Source of the DNA: a virus | Lineage: Duplodnaviria; Caudoviricetes | DNA length: 38,838 bases | Virus record (IMG/VR): IMGVR_UViG_3300031949_000098 | Span: 1-38,838 of that record | Reading direction: 5' to 3' (one strand) | Shown here: positions 17,757 through 26,901 of the stretch, piece by piece | Layout of the letters: each line of letters opens with the position of its first letter | Numbering within the stretch: position 1 is the stretch's first letter | Made by a program: the position numbers and the translations under genes | The notes under the pieces: generated by a model | Databases searched by the model: none | Told to the model about the DNA's origin: nothing | The model's input: only the letters and a program-made list of their open reading frames with translations

Positions 17757-18282
17757 GTTGAAAGGAGGCCATCGCGTCCGCGACTTCCACCTCCGTCAAC
17801 CCGGACGCCATGCTGACGAGCATGAGATCTGGCGTCGACACAGCGATCATCGTCTTGAAGATGAACTCGGCGTCCAGCGGATCGACGAGGTCGTAGCCGC
17901 TCAGGTCTATCGATCCTCGCCTCTCAAGGAACCGTAGTTTCGGCTCCCAGTCGAGCCGCGGAGGGATGTCGTCGACCAACTCGACCCCGAACATGATGAG
18001 GGCCTCGGTCGTCCGAATGCCGCGGAGGTGGTTCGCCTCCTTGATGGCGATCTGATAGGCCGGATCGAGCGGATTGTATTCTTCCCGCTGCTTGGCCTCG
18101 ACGAACTGCTTCGGGACCGGAGGCTCCGGAACGGAGCGACTGATCTCGTCGAGCAGTTTCGCCGACACCGGCCTGATCCTGGCGCGCACGCCGGTCGACA
18201 GGGTCACAACCGGCTTCTCGTTGGCGACCTGACGCTTCGCTGCCTGCAGCGTTGGGTCAGCCATCTTGGGCTTGTTGGTCAT
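17710..18282 (-). CDS. Tail assembly chaperone (gpG-like)
   Basis: Between tail tube and tape measure; GGAGG RBS. Confidence 0.8.
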   Translation of the reverse strand: MTNKPKMADPTLQAAKRQVANEKPVVTLSTGVRARIRPVSAKLLDEISRSVPEPPVPKQFVEAKQREEYNPLDPAYQIAIKEANHLRGIRTTEALIMFGVELVDDIPPRLDWEPKLRFLERRGSIDLSGYDLVDPLDAEFIFKTMIAVSTPDLMLVSMASGLTEVEVADAMASFQREKARRPDPEGGSPA

Positions 18283-18318
18283 TGAATTCCTCCAGTCCGA
18301 AGATTAGGTTGACACCGG

Positions 18319-19830
18319 CTACATCGTGCCGGTGATGATGATCCCATCGGTCCCGTTGGCCCCGAGGCCGCCGGTCACGATAAAGCCTGGGTCTGCGTCG
18401 CAGGCTGCCACAAAGGCCAGGATGTCGCTCGTCGGCAGGACGCCGCTGCCCAGCGGAAGGACAACGAAGTCGTAGCCGCCGTTGAAGGACCCGAGCAGGC
18501 GGCCGACGGCCGGGCCGGTCGTCGACTGCGCGATGTAGATGATCGAGTCGCCCTGGATGGTGATGTCGTTGATCGTTCCGGCGCCGCTGCCAGGGAAGGC
18601 TTTGACCGTCCAATGCGCCCCCGCGTCGATGGTGAAGTAGACGTTCCCGGCGCCGGTCCCGACCCACCATTCGTTCTTGCTCTTCAGCGCCACGGCCGTG
18701 ATGTCGACAGGCACGCCGACCGGCGGGGTCGTCAGGAGTTGGAACGTCGCCCCGTCCTCGCTGAAGATGATCGCTCCGTCTTCCCCCACGGCCACGACGA
18801 AGGTGTCCGACAGCGCGTCGATCGCAAGCAGGCGGGACGGCGTCAGCACCCCGTCCTCGATCAGCGTCACGCCGTTGCTCGGGGTCGCCATGCTGTAGAC
18901 GTGGCCCCCGTCCCCGGCGATGAACGCCTTGGTTCCCAGGCTGACGATGGCAGTCGGTTCCCCGCCCGCCACGAACCCGGTCGACACTTCGGTGAAGTCC
19001 GGGTCGGTCCCGAAGGCGTCGAACTCGGCCAGGCTGGCATAGTGCGCCGATCCGCTGGCTTCGCTGACCACGACCAGGAAGCCCTTCAGGCAGGCGACGG
19101 CCGACGGGTCGTCGGTGGCGCCGAGGCTGTCGATGTCGTGGGCGTACCAGGTCACTCCCCCGTCGACGGTGTAGATCACGTCGGCCGGGGTTCCAGGCGA
19201 TCCGCCCGCCTGCAGGCTGATCACGAACGCCCGCTGGCAGCCGTCCGACGTGTCGCCGCACTCGCCGCACGACACCTCGTCGCAGATCACGCCGTCGATC
19301 ACCTTGTTGGTGACCAGGTCGCCGCCCTTGTTTCCGAAGGTCTGGGCGATGATGTCGAAGATGTCCCTGGCGCTGATGTCGACCGACTCGTTCACGGCCG
19401 CCGTGTCGCCGGACGCCAGGCTGCCCAGGTCCTCGGTGTTGTACGCCGACAGCAAAGCATCCTGCAGGTACAGGATCTTCTTGAAGGCGTTGTGATCGGA
19501 CAGGTCCTCGCAGTCGCCGAAGTGGACCTGGACGTCGACCGCACAGCCCTGCTTCGCCAGCCGCAGCAGCGCCGACCGGACGTCGAGCGCATAGCGGCCT
19601 TCCAGGGTCACGGTCGCCCGTTCGACGCCCGTCTGGAACGATCCGATCTTGATGTACTTCCCCGGCCGCGTCGGGTCAGGGCACTCGATGTCCGTGACCT
19701 CGCCGAACCCCTGGCTGAGGGCTTGGGCGCGCAGGCAGGAGTGATACTCCGGCGCCCGCTGCGGTCCCGCCCGCCAGGGGATCAGGAAGACCCGGCTCAG
19801 TCCCGTGTTGGCGGGAATGAAGTCGCTCAT
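18319..19830 (-). CDS. Major tail (tube) protein with C-terminal Asp-box/BNR beta-propeller
   Basis: Upstream of chaperones; GAGGAGG RBS; Asp-box-like YTVDGGVTW, FSEDGATF, FTIDAGAHW, SFNGGYDF. Confidence 0.72.
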   Translation of the reverse strand: MSDFIPANTGLSRVFLIPWRAGPQRAPEYHSCLRAQALSQGFGEVTDIECPDPTRPGKYIKIGSFQTGVERATVTLEGRYALDVRSALLRLAKQGCAVDVQVHFGDCEDLSDHNAFKKILYLQDALLSAYNTEDLGSLASGDTAAVNESVDISARDIFDIIAQTFGNKGGDLVTNKVIDGVICDEVSCGECGDTSDGCQRAFVISLQAGGSPGTPADVIYTVDGGVTWYAHDIDSLGATDDPSAVACLKGFLVVVSEASGSAHYASLAEFDAFGTDPDFTEVSTGFVAGGEPTAIVSLGTKAFIAGDGGHVYSMATPSNGVTLIEDGVLTPSRLLAIDALSDTFVVAVGEDGAIIFSEDGATFQLLTTPPVGVPVDITAVALKSKNEWWVGTGAGNVYFTIDAGAHWTVKAFPGSGAGTINDITIQGDSIIYIAQSTTGPAVGRLLGSFNGGYDFVVLPLGSGVLPTSDILAFVAACDADPGFIVTGGLGANGTDGIIITGTM

Positions 19831-19842
19831 CTGAAACCTCCT

Positions 19843-20118
19843 CTATCCTCGTTTGTATGCCGAAACGATCCGGCCGACCATCGCCGCCCGGACCGCCTGG
19901 GTGATGGCGTTCGGCTGCCGGGACAAGTCCCGGATCTCCAGAAGCCCTTCGTCAACCAGCCGGTTGTTGATCTCCTTAAGCACCTCCTGGCAGTCGACCT
20001 CCGACAGGTCGGGCGGGCCGACGGGCAGCCCCTGGGGCGCAGCCGTGTCGGGGTCCGTGTCCCGCACCAGGCTGACCTTCTTCCAGCCGCGTCGATCGAT
20101 CCAAACGACTTTCCTCAT
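19843..20118 (-). CDS. Hypothetical virion-module protein, 91 aa
   Basis: MRKVVWIDRRG...; ATGA overlap with upstream gene. Confidence 0.75.
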   Translation of the reverse strand: MRKVVWIDRRGWKKVSLVRDTDPDTAAPQGLPVGPPDLSEVDCQEVLKEINNRLVDEGLLEIRDLSRQPNAITQAVRAAMVGRIVSAYKRG

Positions 20119-21404
20119 ATCACCGCCACCTGTGGGATGGTGTCTGCCAGTTTCGACAGTCTGCGCCACGCCTTCACTTCGCCGACCTTCGTCCCGAACG
20201 GGTTCTCGCCCATCTTATCGGACAGGAACCAGTTCGGCCCGCCCGCATCGCTGCGGCTCATCTCGGCCCGGAGTTCCGCCTGGACCGCAGCCAGGCCGGA
20301 GCAGGTGCAGAAGTTACGCTCGAGCCGGGCGACAGCCAGCCAGGCGATCGCCTCGGCCAGCCAGGTCCCAAGTGGATCAAGGTCCAGAGCAGCCAGGAAC
20401 CCCTCGCTCATCTCGCCGGCGTAGTACCACAACTTCACCTGATCGGGCGCAAGGTGGGATTGATAGGCGACCGTTTCCCACATCAGCGCCGTGGCGTTCC
20501 AGGTCGCCGGCGACGGGACGACCAGGCCCAGCATGACGTCCCGGACCAGCATACAGCCGTGCTGCACCGTCAGTTGGCAGACCGCGCAGCCGGTCCCGCC
20601 GCAGGATGGGCATGGGACGATCCGGCTGTTCGGCTCCCAATAGAAGTCGGCCGACACGGCCGTGTGATCGTTCCACTCCCGCCAGACGTCGAGCGTGTCG
20701 ACGTAGATCGGGTTGGTGATGTCAAGAGCGGTCGGGCTACCGTCGGGGTAGGTATCCGTCAGCGCCGGGTCGATAAGCATCCAGAAGTCGAACTCGATGA
20801 TGATGTCGGTCACGACGAAGGAGATCGACTTGACCGGCCTGATCTCCCACTCGGGCGTCGAGTGATCCTGGAAGTAGACCTTGACCTGCTGGCGGCTGGC
20901 GGACGATAGGCTCCCCAGGTTGGGGATCGTCAGCGTCGCCAGTTCGTTGAAGCCGTCGCCATCCGGGTCGCTCCACACGAGTTCGCCCCCGGCGAGAGTC
21001 CCCCGTCCCAGGAAAGACATCGTCCGCTGGCCGGCCGAGATGATCCGGCCCCATCGGGTCTTGACGCTCTTCAGTCCGCCCCGCACGTTCTGCCGGCTGT
21101 CGAACACCGTCCGGTCGTAGTTCTGGGGGTACTGGTGCATCTCGCGGCTGATCCATCGCGGCGCCGGCCAGTAGCCCAGGACCCGAGCGATGTCTTCCTC
21201 GGCGTTGGCGATCGCCCGAGCGAGATCCTCGCGGGCGACCCGGTCGCTGCCGATGTACGAGTGCTGGAACCAGACGTCGGAGCAAGCGCCCTTGGCCGGA
21301 AAGATGTCAGTCCCGACAGCGCCAGAGAAGTGGACAGGGTTGATCCCCATGATCCGGGCGAAACGATCAAGCGACAACAGGGTCGGCGTTTCAGCCCGGC
21401 TCAT
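20115..21404 (-). CDS. Putative head-tail connector/structural protein
   Basis: Position; LARAIANAEEDIARVLGY and LAEAIAWLA helices resemble adaptor proteins; CPSCGGTGCAVC insert. Confidence 0.6.
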   Translation of the reverse strand: MSRAETPTLLSLDRFARIMGINPVHFSGAVGTDIFPAKGACSDVWFQHSYIGSDRVAREDLARAIANAEEDIARVLGYWPAPRWISREMHQYPQNYDRTVFDSRQNVRGGLKSVKTRWGRIISAGQRTMSFLGRGTLAGGELVWSDPDGDGFNELATLTIPNLGSLSSASRQQVKVYFQDHSTPEWEIRPVKSISFVVTDIIIEFDFWMLIDPALTDTYPDGSPTALDITNPIYVDTLDVWREWNDHTAVSADFYWEPNSRIVPCPSCGGTGCAVCQLTVQHGCMLVRDVMLGLVVPSPATWNATALMWETVAYQSHLAPDQVKLWYYAGEMSEGFLAALDLDPLGTWLAEAIAWLAVARLERNFCTCSGLAAVQAELRAEMSRSDAGGPNWFLSDKMGENPFGTKVGEVKAWRRLSKLADTIPQVAVI

Positions 21405-21720
21405 TCGTCACCGCCCGCTGCAGGATCAGGGCCGCCGCCGACAGGGCCAGTGGGAAGCCAGCCAGGAGGGTCGGCGCCGGGAATGTCAGGAAGCCGAGAG
21501 AGAAGGCAACCCCGACCCACACGCTCGTACACCACATGCACGTCAGCCCCTCGGCGACGACGTTCAGACCGTAGGGCGCCGACTGAGCGTCGAACCGGAC
21601 CCCGATCAGGCGGCGCAGTCTCGCGAGAATGTTCCACGGCCCGTCCTCCTTGACGACCAGGCTGGTCAGTCGCCAGGTCGCCAGCATCAGAATGAAAAGG
21701 TCCACCGGCCGAATGTCCAT
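21391..21720 (-). CDS. DUF1360-family membrane protein
   Basis: LATWRLTSLV..EDGP...LR...LTCMWCTSVWVG. Confidence 0.85.
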   Translation of the reverse strand: MDIRPVDLFILMLATWRLTSLVVKEDGPWNILARLRRLIGVRFDAQSAPYGLNVVAEGLTCMWCTSVWVGVAFSLGFLTFPAPTLLAGFPLALSAAALILQRAVTNEPG

Positions 21721-21761
21721 CAGTCCGGTGGACCCACACCCATCAGTCGCACTCGCACGGA

Positions 21762-24656
21762 TCAGCCCTTGGCCGCGCTCGCAGCCTTCGCCTTCCTGGC
21801 CTTCGGCGCCTTGGGAGTAGCAACCGCCACCGGCTCAAGGATCGGCTCGGGTAGCGGAGCGGGCGCAGGCGGAGCGATGACCGGCGTCGGCTCGATGGGA
21901 GTCGGCGCCGTGTCGATCACCGAGAATAGGTGGGGCTGGGCGGTAAGGTCTTTCTTGTGGACCAGGAAGATCTCCCCGCCACCCCGGAAGCCGTACCTGA
22001 TCTTTGTCTCCACGCCGATCACCGGATGCTGGCCGACGTTCGGGTGGATGTACTTCGCCAAGACGTATTCAGCGTCGTTCATTTGTGGGCTCCCATTCCC
22101 GCGTTGCGGGATCGCCATAACCATCGGCCGGACCCGGTTCTCCGTGGGCGCCGCGCTGACCGTCGACTTCCCATTTCCTCTGCAGCCGCAGCCCATAGGT
22201 TCACCGGCCTTCGACCACTTTCCCTGGACGTATTCTACAATCGCTTGGTGCTGCTGTAAACCGGCTTGCCGACGATTTCCCGTGTTGAAACGGTAGACCA
22301 TCAGTTCCTGCTCGACCCGGACATAGCATCGGCCGGATCGGGCCATGCGCCAATGATACTCCACGTCTTCCCAGGACTTCATTCGTTCATCGAAGCCGCC
22401 GATCTGCTCGTGCCACGGCTTCGGGACCAGCGTCGTGACGTTGCACCAGATGAACGGGTAGGGCATTTCGGGTTGGGTCAGAGCGCGGGCACAGTCGAAG
22501 TCCGCCGCCCGGTAGCCGATCAGAGTCTCGTTCGTCCGGGGGTTGCGGAAGTAAACCCGTTCCTGCAGGTCCTTCGCCAGCATCGTCACGTCGCTGATCT
22601 CGGCCTTGCCCATGTAGTCGGAGTAGGGGATCGCGCCGTCCAGCCGCCAGGCCTCGAGGAACATCTCCAGGCAGCGGGGCAGCAAGTAATCGTCAGCGTC
22701 CAGGAACAGCAGGAAGTGGCCGCGGGCCGCCTTCGCCCCGATGTTGCGCGCCTTCCCCGCACCCAGGCTCCCGGCCGTCCGCAGCCAATGGACGTAGGGG
22801 TAGCAGTCGAGGATCGCGGGCGGGATCTCATCGGTCGTGTCCATGACGACGACCGCTTCCCACTTCCTGAACGTCTGCGCTTCGAGGCTGTCGAGCGCAT
22901 CCACCAGATACCGGGCGTGGCCCGGTCCGACAGGGATGACGACCGACACCAGCGGTTCGTCGTGCTGCGTGACCGGATGGCTGGGGGCCTTCGACTTGGC
23001 GTGGCTGAAGACCGGGTGGCGGGCGTCGCCGTCCTTGCCTGCCCAGGGATGCCAGGCCAGCCAGTCGACCTCGCGGTACTCCGGGTTGCCGCTGACCCGA
23101 CCCGACTCCCAGGCGTAGTGGAACAGACCGCGCGACGACGCCTTCTTGGCGCCCCAGCCGTAGGCCCCGGACCGCAGCCAGAACTCGGCGTCTTCTGATC
23201 CGGCCCCCATCGGGGCGTATCGCTGGCGATAGCCGCCCAGCCTGCGCCACATATCAACGCGGAAGACGCAGGCGGTCGGGATCTGGTTGTGGCGAAGGAC
23301 CTGCTGGTCGAAGTCCCAATCGCCCGGCCAGGATGACAGGCCCTGGCTGCCGTCGGGCTTGTGATACTGCAGGCCGGTGTACGCGATCCCCAGCGTCGAG
23401 TCGTCTTCGAGCGCCCGGATGCAGGTCGACAGGAACGCGGGGTCCAGCCAGTCATCTGCGTCAAGGCAGGCGACGTACTTGATCCCCGCCTGCCACGCCT
23501 CCTCGATCCCCCGGTTGCGGGCGACCGCCACCCCGCTGTTGTCCTGACGCAGATAGCGGACCTCGAGCGTCGGGCGTGGCATCGGCCGATCCTTGTCGGC
23601 TATGTACTGATTGGTCACGATCCCTGTCGCCCCGTCGTCCTGGCTGCCGTCATCGACGACGACGATCAGGCGCAGGAGCGGATAGTCCTGGGCGATCGCC
23701 GACTCCAGCGCCTTCCGCAGTTTCCCGGCGTAATTGTAGGAGGGGATCACAATAGCCGCCGTCGGCAGCGGGACCTTGGCCGCCCGATCGTAGACCGCAG
23801 CGATCTTCTCGACCTGGCGGGGCCAGGACCAGCCCAGCGCCATCTTCCGGCCGTTGGCCCCCAGCGTGGCCCTGTGAGCGATGCAGTACGCCAGCCCGGC
23901 TTCCAGGTCCTGTTTGTTGCCTACGGCCGCCAGGTAGCCGTTCACGCCGTGGACAACCAGGTCCCTGACGCCCCCGTGGTCGTAGCCCAGGACCGGAACG
24001 CCTGCGGCCATCGCCTCGAGGATGCCGATCCCGAAGGTCTCCTTGGTCGTCGCCAGGTAGACGGCCGTCCGCCTGACGATGTCCCGCATGTCGGCGTGCG
24101 CCTGCAGCCCGATCGGACGGACGTTGTGATAGTCGCCGGGCGGGGCGAAGGTCGTCACGAAGCGGTGCTGGGGGAAGGCCCGCGCCAGGTCCCCGATCGG
24201 GGCCGGGTCGCAGACGTCCCCGGTCCGGTTCTTATTCCAGAGGATGTAGCCCTCGTGCTGGATCGGCTCCGGCCAGAGATCCATGTCAAGGCCATGACCG
24301 ACGACGGTCGGGTGCACCCGCAGTTCCCGCCGGAAGGCCTCGGCGACCCACTCGGACGGGACGGTGATCAGTCTCGCCGCCTGGCACATCTCGACGACGT
24401 GCCGGTTCGCGTGCCACTCCCAGGCGTCGGCGTTGTAGTCGGCCGTCCAGTACAGGCCGTGGCAATGGGCAACGTGGCAGACCGGCGCTTCCATCCCGGC
24501 ATGAACAGCAACGATGTCGAGCAGGTCATTCGGATCGTTGACGACCTGCCAGCCGAAGGTCGGCAGGTGGCGGACGTAGGCCTCGACGACGCGCTTGATC
24601 CCACTCTCGCCCGATCCCCAGTTCTTCGGATTGGGGACCATCCAGACTCGGTTCAT
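21762..24656 (-). CDS. Multidomain glycosyltransferase GT4-GT2-GT2 with C-terminal MGCGC domain
   Basis: GT-B ETFGIGILEAMAAGVPV; GT-A IVIPSYN...VVDDGS...CLDADD...EDAEFW; second GT-A VSVVIP...FLDADD...WEDVEY; tail begins MGCGCRG. Confidence 0.92.
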   Translation of the reverse strand: MNRVWMVPNPKNWGSGESGIKRVVEAYVRHLPTFGWQVVNDPNDLLDIVAVHAGMEAPVCHVAHCHGLYWTADYNADAWEWHANRHVVEMCQAARLITVPSEWVAEAFRRELRVHPTVVGHGLDMDLWPEPIQHEGYILWNKNRTGDVCDPAPIGDLARAFPQHRFVTTFAPPGDYHNVRPIGLQAHADMRDIVRRTAVYLATTKETFGIGILEAMAAGVPVLGYDHGGVRDLVVHGVNGYLAAVGNKQDLEAGLAYCIAHRATLGANGRKMALGWSWPRQVEKIAAVYDRAAKVPLPTAAIVIPSYNYAGKLRKALESAIAQDYPLLRLIVVVDDGSQDDGATGIVTNQYIADKDRPMPRPTLEVRYLRQDNSGVAVARNRGIEEAWQAGIKYVACLDADDWLDPAFLSTCIRALEDDSTLGIAYTGLQYHKPDGSQGLSSWPGDWDFDQQVLRHNQIPTACVFRVDMWRRLGGYRQRYAPMGAGSEDAEFWLRSGAYGWGAKKASSRGLFHYAWESGRVSGNPEYREVDWLAWHPWAGKDGDARHPVFSHAKSKAPSHPVTQHDEPLVSVVIPVGPGHARYLVDALDSLEAQTFRKWEAVVVMDTTDEIPPAILDCYPYVHWLRTAGSLGAGKARNIGAKAARGHFLLFLDADDYLLPRCLEMFLEAWRLDGAIPYSDYMGKAEISDVTMLAKDLQERVYFRNPRTNETLIGYRAADFDCARALTQPEMPYPFIWCNVTTLVPKPWHEQIGGFDERMKSWEDVEYHWRMARSGRCYVRVEQELMVYRFNTGNRRQAGLQQHQAIVEYVQGKWSKAGEPMGCGCRGNGKSTVSAAPTENRVRPMVMAIPQRGNGSPQMNDAEYVLAKYIHPNVGQHPVIGVETKIRYGFRGGGEIFLVHKKDLTAQPHLFSVIDTAPTPIEPTPVIAPPAPAPLPEPILEPVAVATPKAPKARKAKAASAAKG

Positions 24657-24913
24657 GGTTTGCTCGAGGCCTTGCGATGCTTCAGTCTCACTGGGCGCAT
24701 CCGCCGGTGCGACCGGACGACTGCGATGGCGATGTTGGGGGTCAGGATCACGCCCGAGAAAAGGTTCTGCCCGCCGGTGATCCAGGCAGCGCGGGTGACC
24801 TTGTGAAGGTCCATCTCCGCGAACAGCCGCAGGCCGCCGCGCCGCCGCATGACGATCAGGTCGATCAGCCCGACAGCCAGGGCGATCAGAATGACGAGCG
24901 ACCTGGTCGTCAT
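24653..24913 (-). CDS. Small membrane-anchored protein
   Basis: MTTRSLVILIALAVGLIDLIV; ATGA overlaps at both ends. Confidence 0.65.
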   Translation of the reverse strand: MTTRSLVILIALAVGLIDLIVMRRRGGLRLFAEMDLHKVTRAAWITGGQNLFSGVILTPNIAIAVVRSHRRMRPVRLKHRKASSKP

Positions 24914-25599
24914 CGGCCCACCAGCGCCGAGGTCATGTAGGTATGGCTGCTGTGCTGTGCCCCAGGCTCGATCCGAAAGGCCGTGCCCGTCTTCTGATAG
25001 TGCGCTTGCGCCCAGGCAGCGAACCACGGCTGGCTGAGGCCGTTCTGCCAAGCGAATAGGAAGGTCTTGGGCGTCATGCCGTCGAGGAATTTCAATCGCT
25101 CTTGCTCAGGGGTTTCGTCCAGGGCGAAGCATGAGATCAGCAGATCGGGCCTTCGGATGCGGGCATGGGTCACGGCGCAACGCAGGTGGCGGAAGGAAAG
25201 GTGATCGTCCTGCAGACGCTCGAACGTCGGCAGGTCCTCGATGGCATAGGTTCCTCGGAAGCCCAGTCTGTCGGCGACGACCGCCATCGCTCCATATCCG
25301 CCGCCGAACTCCTGGATGTTCTGTAGCCCGGCGATCCGCATGCCGAAGTGATTCTGCTGCCAGCGCCAGAGATGATACCGCTGGTGCAGGAGGTTCGGCT
25401 CGTCCTCGTCGTCCCAGGGCGGCTCGGGCAGGGCGCCGTTCATCCGCATCTCAGCGACTTCGCCCGTCAGCAGTTTCCCCGCTCCGACGTAGCACGTCGC
25501 GATGATCGTCGACCAGGTCCAGGGCTTCGCCGGATTGTCACCCTGATCGAAGTGGCGGCGCAGCGACTCCTCGTGGGTCTGCCACGCCCGGTCAGGCAC
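24910..25599 (-). CDS. Putative sugar O-methyltransferase (SAM-dependent)
   Basis: IQEFGGGYG...YAIEDLP...LQ...DLLISCFALDE pattern of putative sugar O-methyltransferases. Confidence 0.78.
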   Translation of the reverse strand: MPDRAWQTHEESLRRHFDQGDNPAKPWTWSTIIATCYVGAGKLLTGEVAEMRMNGALPEPPWDDEDEPNLLHQRYHLWRWQQNHFGMRIAGLQNIQEFGGGYGAMAVVADRLGFRGTYAIEDLPTFERLQDDHLSFRHLRCAVTHARIRRPDLLISCFALDETPEQERLKFLDGMTPKTFLFAWQNGLSQPWFAAWAQAHYQKTGTAFRIEPGAQHSSHTYMTSALVGR

Positions 25600-26785
25600 G
25601 AAGCCACCTCTCGAAGACCTGGCGGACGTACTCGACGTCCTCGGGCGTCATATCCTGGTGGCAACCGATGTACAGGCCGCAGCGGTTCACCCAATCGCTG
25701 ATCGGGAAGGCGCCGGGGTCCAGCATGCCCCGGAAGATCGGCTGGTTGGTGATCGGCATCATGTCTCGCGTTTCGATCCCGGCTTCGTTCAGGTAGGTGG
25801 CGAAGACCCGCTTGGGCATCTTCTCGGGGTCCAGGACGATCGGGAACATCATCCAGGCGTGCTCGTTTCCGTCGAGCGTTTCGGGGATGGTCATCCGAGC
25901 GCCGAAGTGCCGATTGAAGTCGGCCATGACTGCCTGCAGATGGGCGGCGTTCCGGCGCCGCAGGGCCAACATCTCGCGCCAGCCGTCCAACTGCGCCAGG
26001 CCGATCGCCGCCTCCAACTCCGTGATCCGGTAGGAATGACCGGCATGGGTGAAGCGAAACGACCGGCCTGGGTTGGGCCGCGGGCTGAAGTTCTCGTCGG
26101 CGTTGAGTTCGTCGATGTCCAGCCCGTGGTTGACCAGGCTGCGGATCTTCCGGGCGTACTCAGGCACGTTGGTCGTGCAGAGGCCGCCGACCCCGGTCGT
26201 CAGCAGGTGAGCATTGTAGGTGCTGAAGCAGCCGATCGCCCCCATGCTGCCGACCTTCCAGTCGCCGTGCCTGACGAACATCGCTTCGCACGAGTCCTCG
26301 ATGACCAGCAGGCCGTAGGTCTCGGCGATCGCCAGGATCTCCGTCATCCGGCAGGACTGGCCGTACAGGTGGACGGGGATGATGCAGCGGGTGCGCGGCC
26401 CGATCGCCGCCTGAAGGAGGCCTGGGTCCATCCCCCAAGCCAGCGGCTCGACGTCGACGAACACCGGCCGCATGTTGTTGTGCAGGACGATGTTCACGGT
26501 AGCGACGAAGGTCGAGGCGGGGACGATCACCTCGTCGCCGTCGGCCCAGCCATTCAGTTCCTTGAGCGCCTGCAGGGCGACGTGCAGGCTCGACGTCCCA
26601 CTGTTGGACAGCACCGCATATAGGCAGTCGTGCAACTCTGCGATCTGGCTCTCGAAGGCCATCGACATCGGGCCGTAGGAGATTCGGCCTGACTGCAGGA
26701 CGCCGTCGACGAGGCCTTGCATCCGGGGCGTGCAGCGGAAGGTCCCCGTCGTGATCGGCCGGGGGGCGAGTTCGTGAGGAGGCAT
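25592..26785 (-). CDS. DegT/DnrJ/EryC1/StrS-family PLP enzyme, ColD/E1-like sugar 3-dehydratase type
   Basis: SNSGTSSL, GDEVIVP..TF.AT, IPVHLYG, IEDSCEA; FSTYNAHLLTTGVGG has His at the Schiff-base Lys position; start ATG 26785 (TGATG overlap). Confidence 0.88.
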   Translation of the reverse strand: MPPHELAPRPITTGTFRCTPRMQGLVDGVLQSGRISYGPMSMAFESQIAELHDCLYAVLSNSGTSSLHVALQALKELNGWADGDEVIVPASTFVATVNIVLHNNMRPVFVDVEPLAWGMDPGLLQAAIGPRTRCIIPVHLYGQSCRMTEILAIAETYGLLVIEDSCEAMFVRHGDWKVGSMGAIGCFSTYNAHLLTTGVGGLCTTNVPEYARKIRSLVNHGLDIDELNADENFSPRPNPGRSFRFTHAGHSYRITELEAAIGLAQLDGWREMLALRRRNAAHLQAVMADFNRHFGARMTIPETLDGNEHAWMMFPIVLDPEKMPKRVFATYLNEAGIETRDMMPITNQPIFRGMLDPGAFPISDWVNRCGLYIGCHQDMTPEDVEYVRQVFERWLRA

Positions 26786-26901
26786 CAGAGCGGGTCTCGC
26801 CCAGCGAGCAGGCAATAAACGATGTAGCAGGCCCAGCCGACCATCGCCGCCAGAATCACCCAATCGAAGCAACCGAAAGAGTCTCCGATCCGTCCAATCA
26901 T
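26785..26901 (-). CDS. Small membrane protein, 38 aa
   Basis: MIGRIGDSFGCFDWVILAAMVGWACYIVYCLLAGRDPL; coupled at both ends (ATGA, TGATG). Confidence 0.55.
   Translation of the reverse strand: MIGRIGDSFGCFDWVILAAMVGWACYIVYCLLAGRDPL

Noticed and set aside
17710-17800. Canonical -1 slippery heptamer in the tail chaperone
   Set aside because: The downstream ORF is in the +1 frame and no XXXYYYZ heptamer was seen in the overlap
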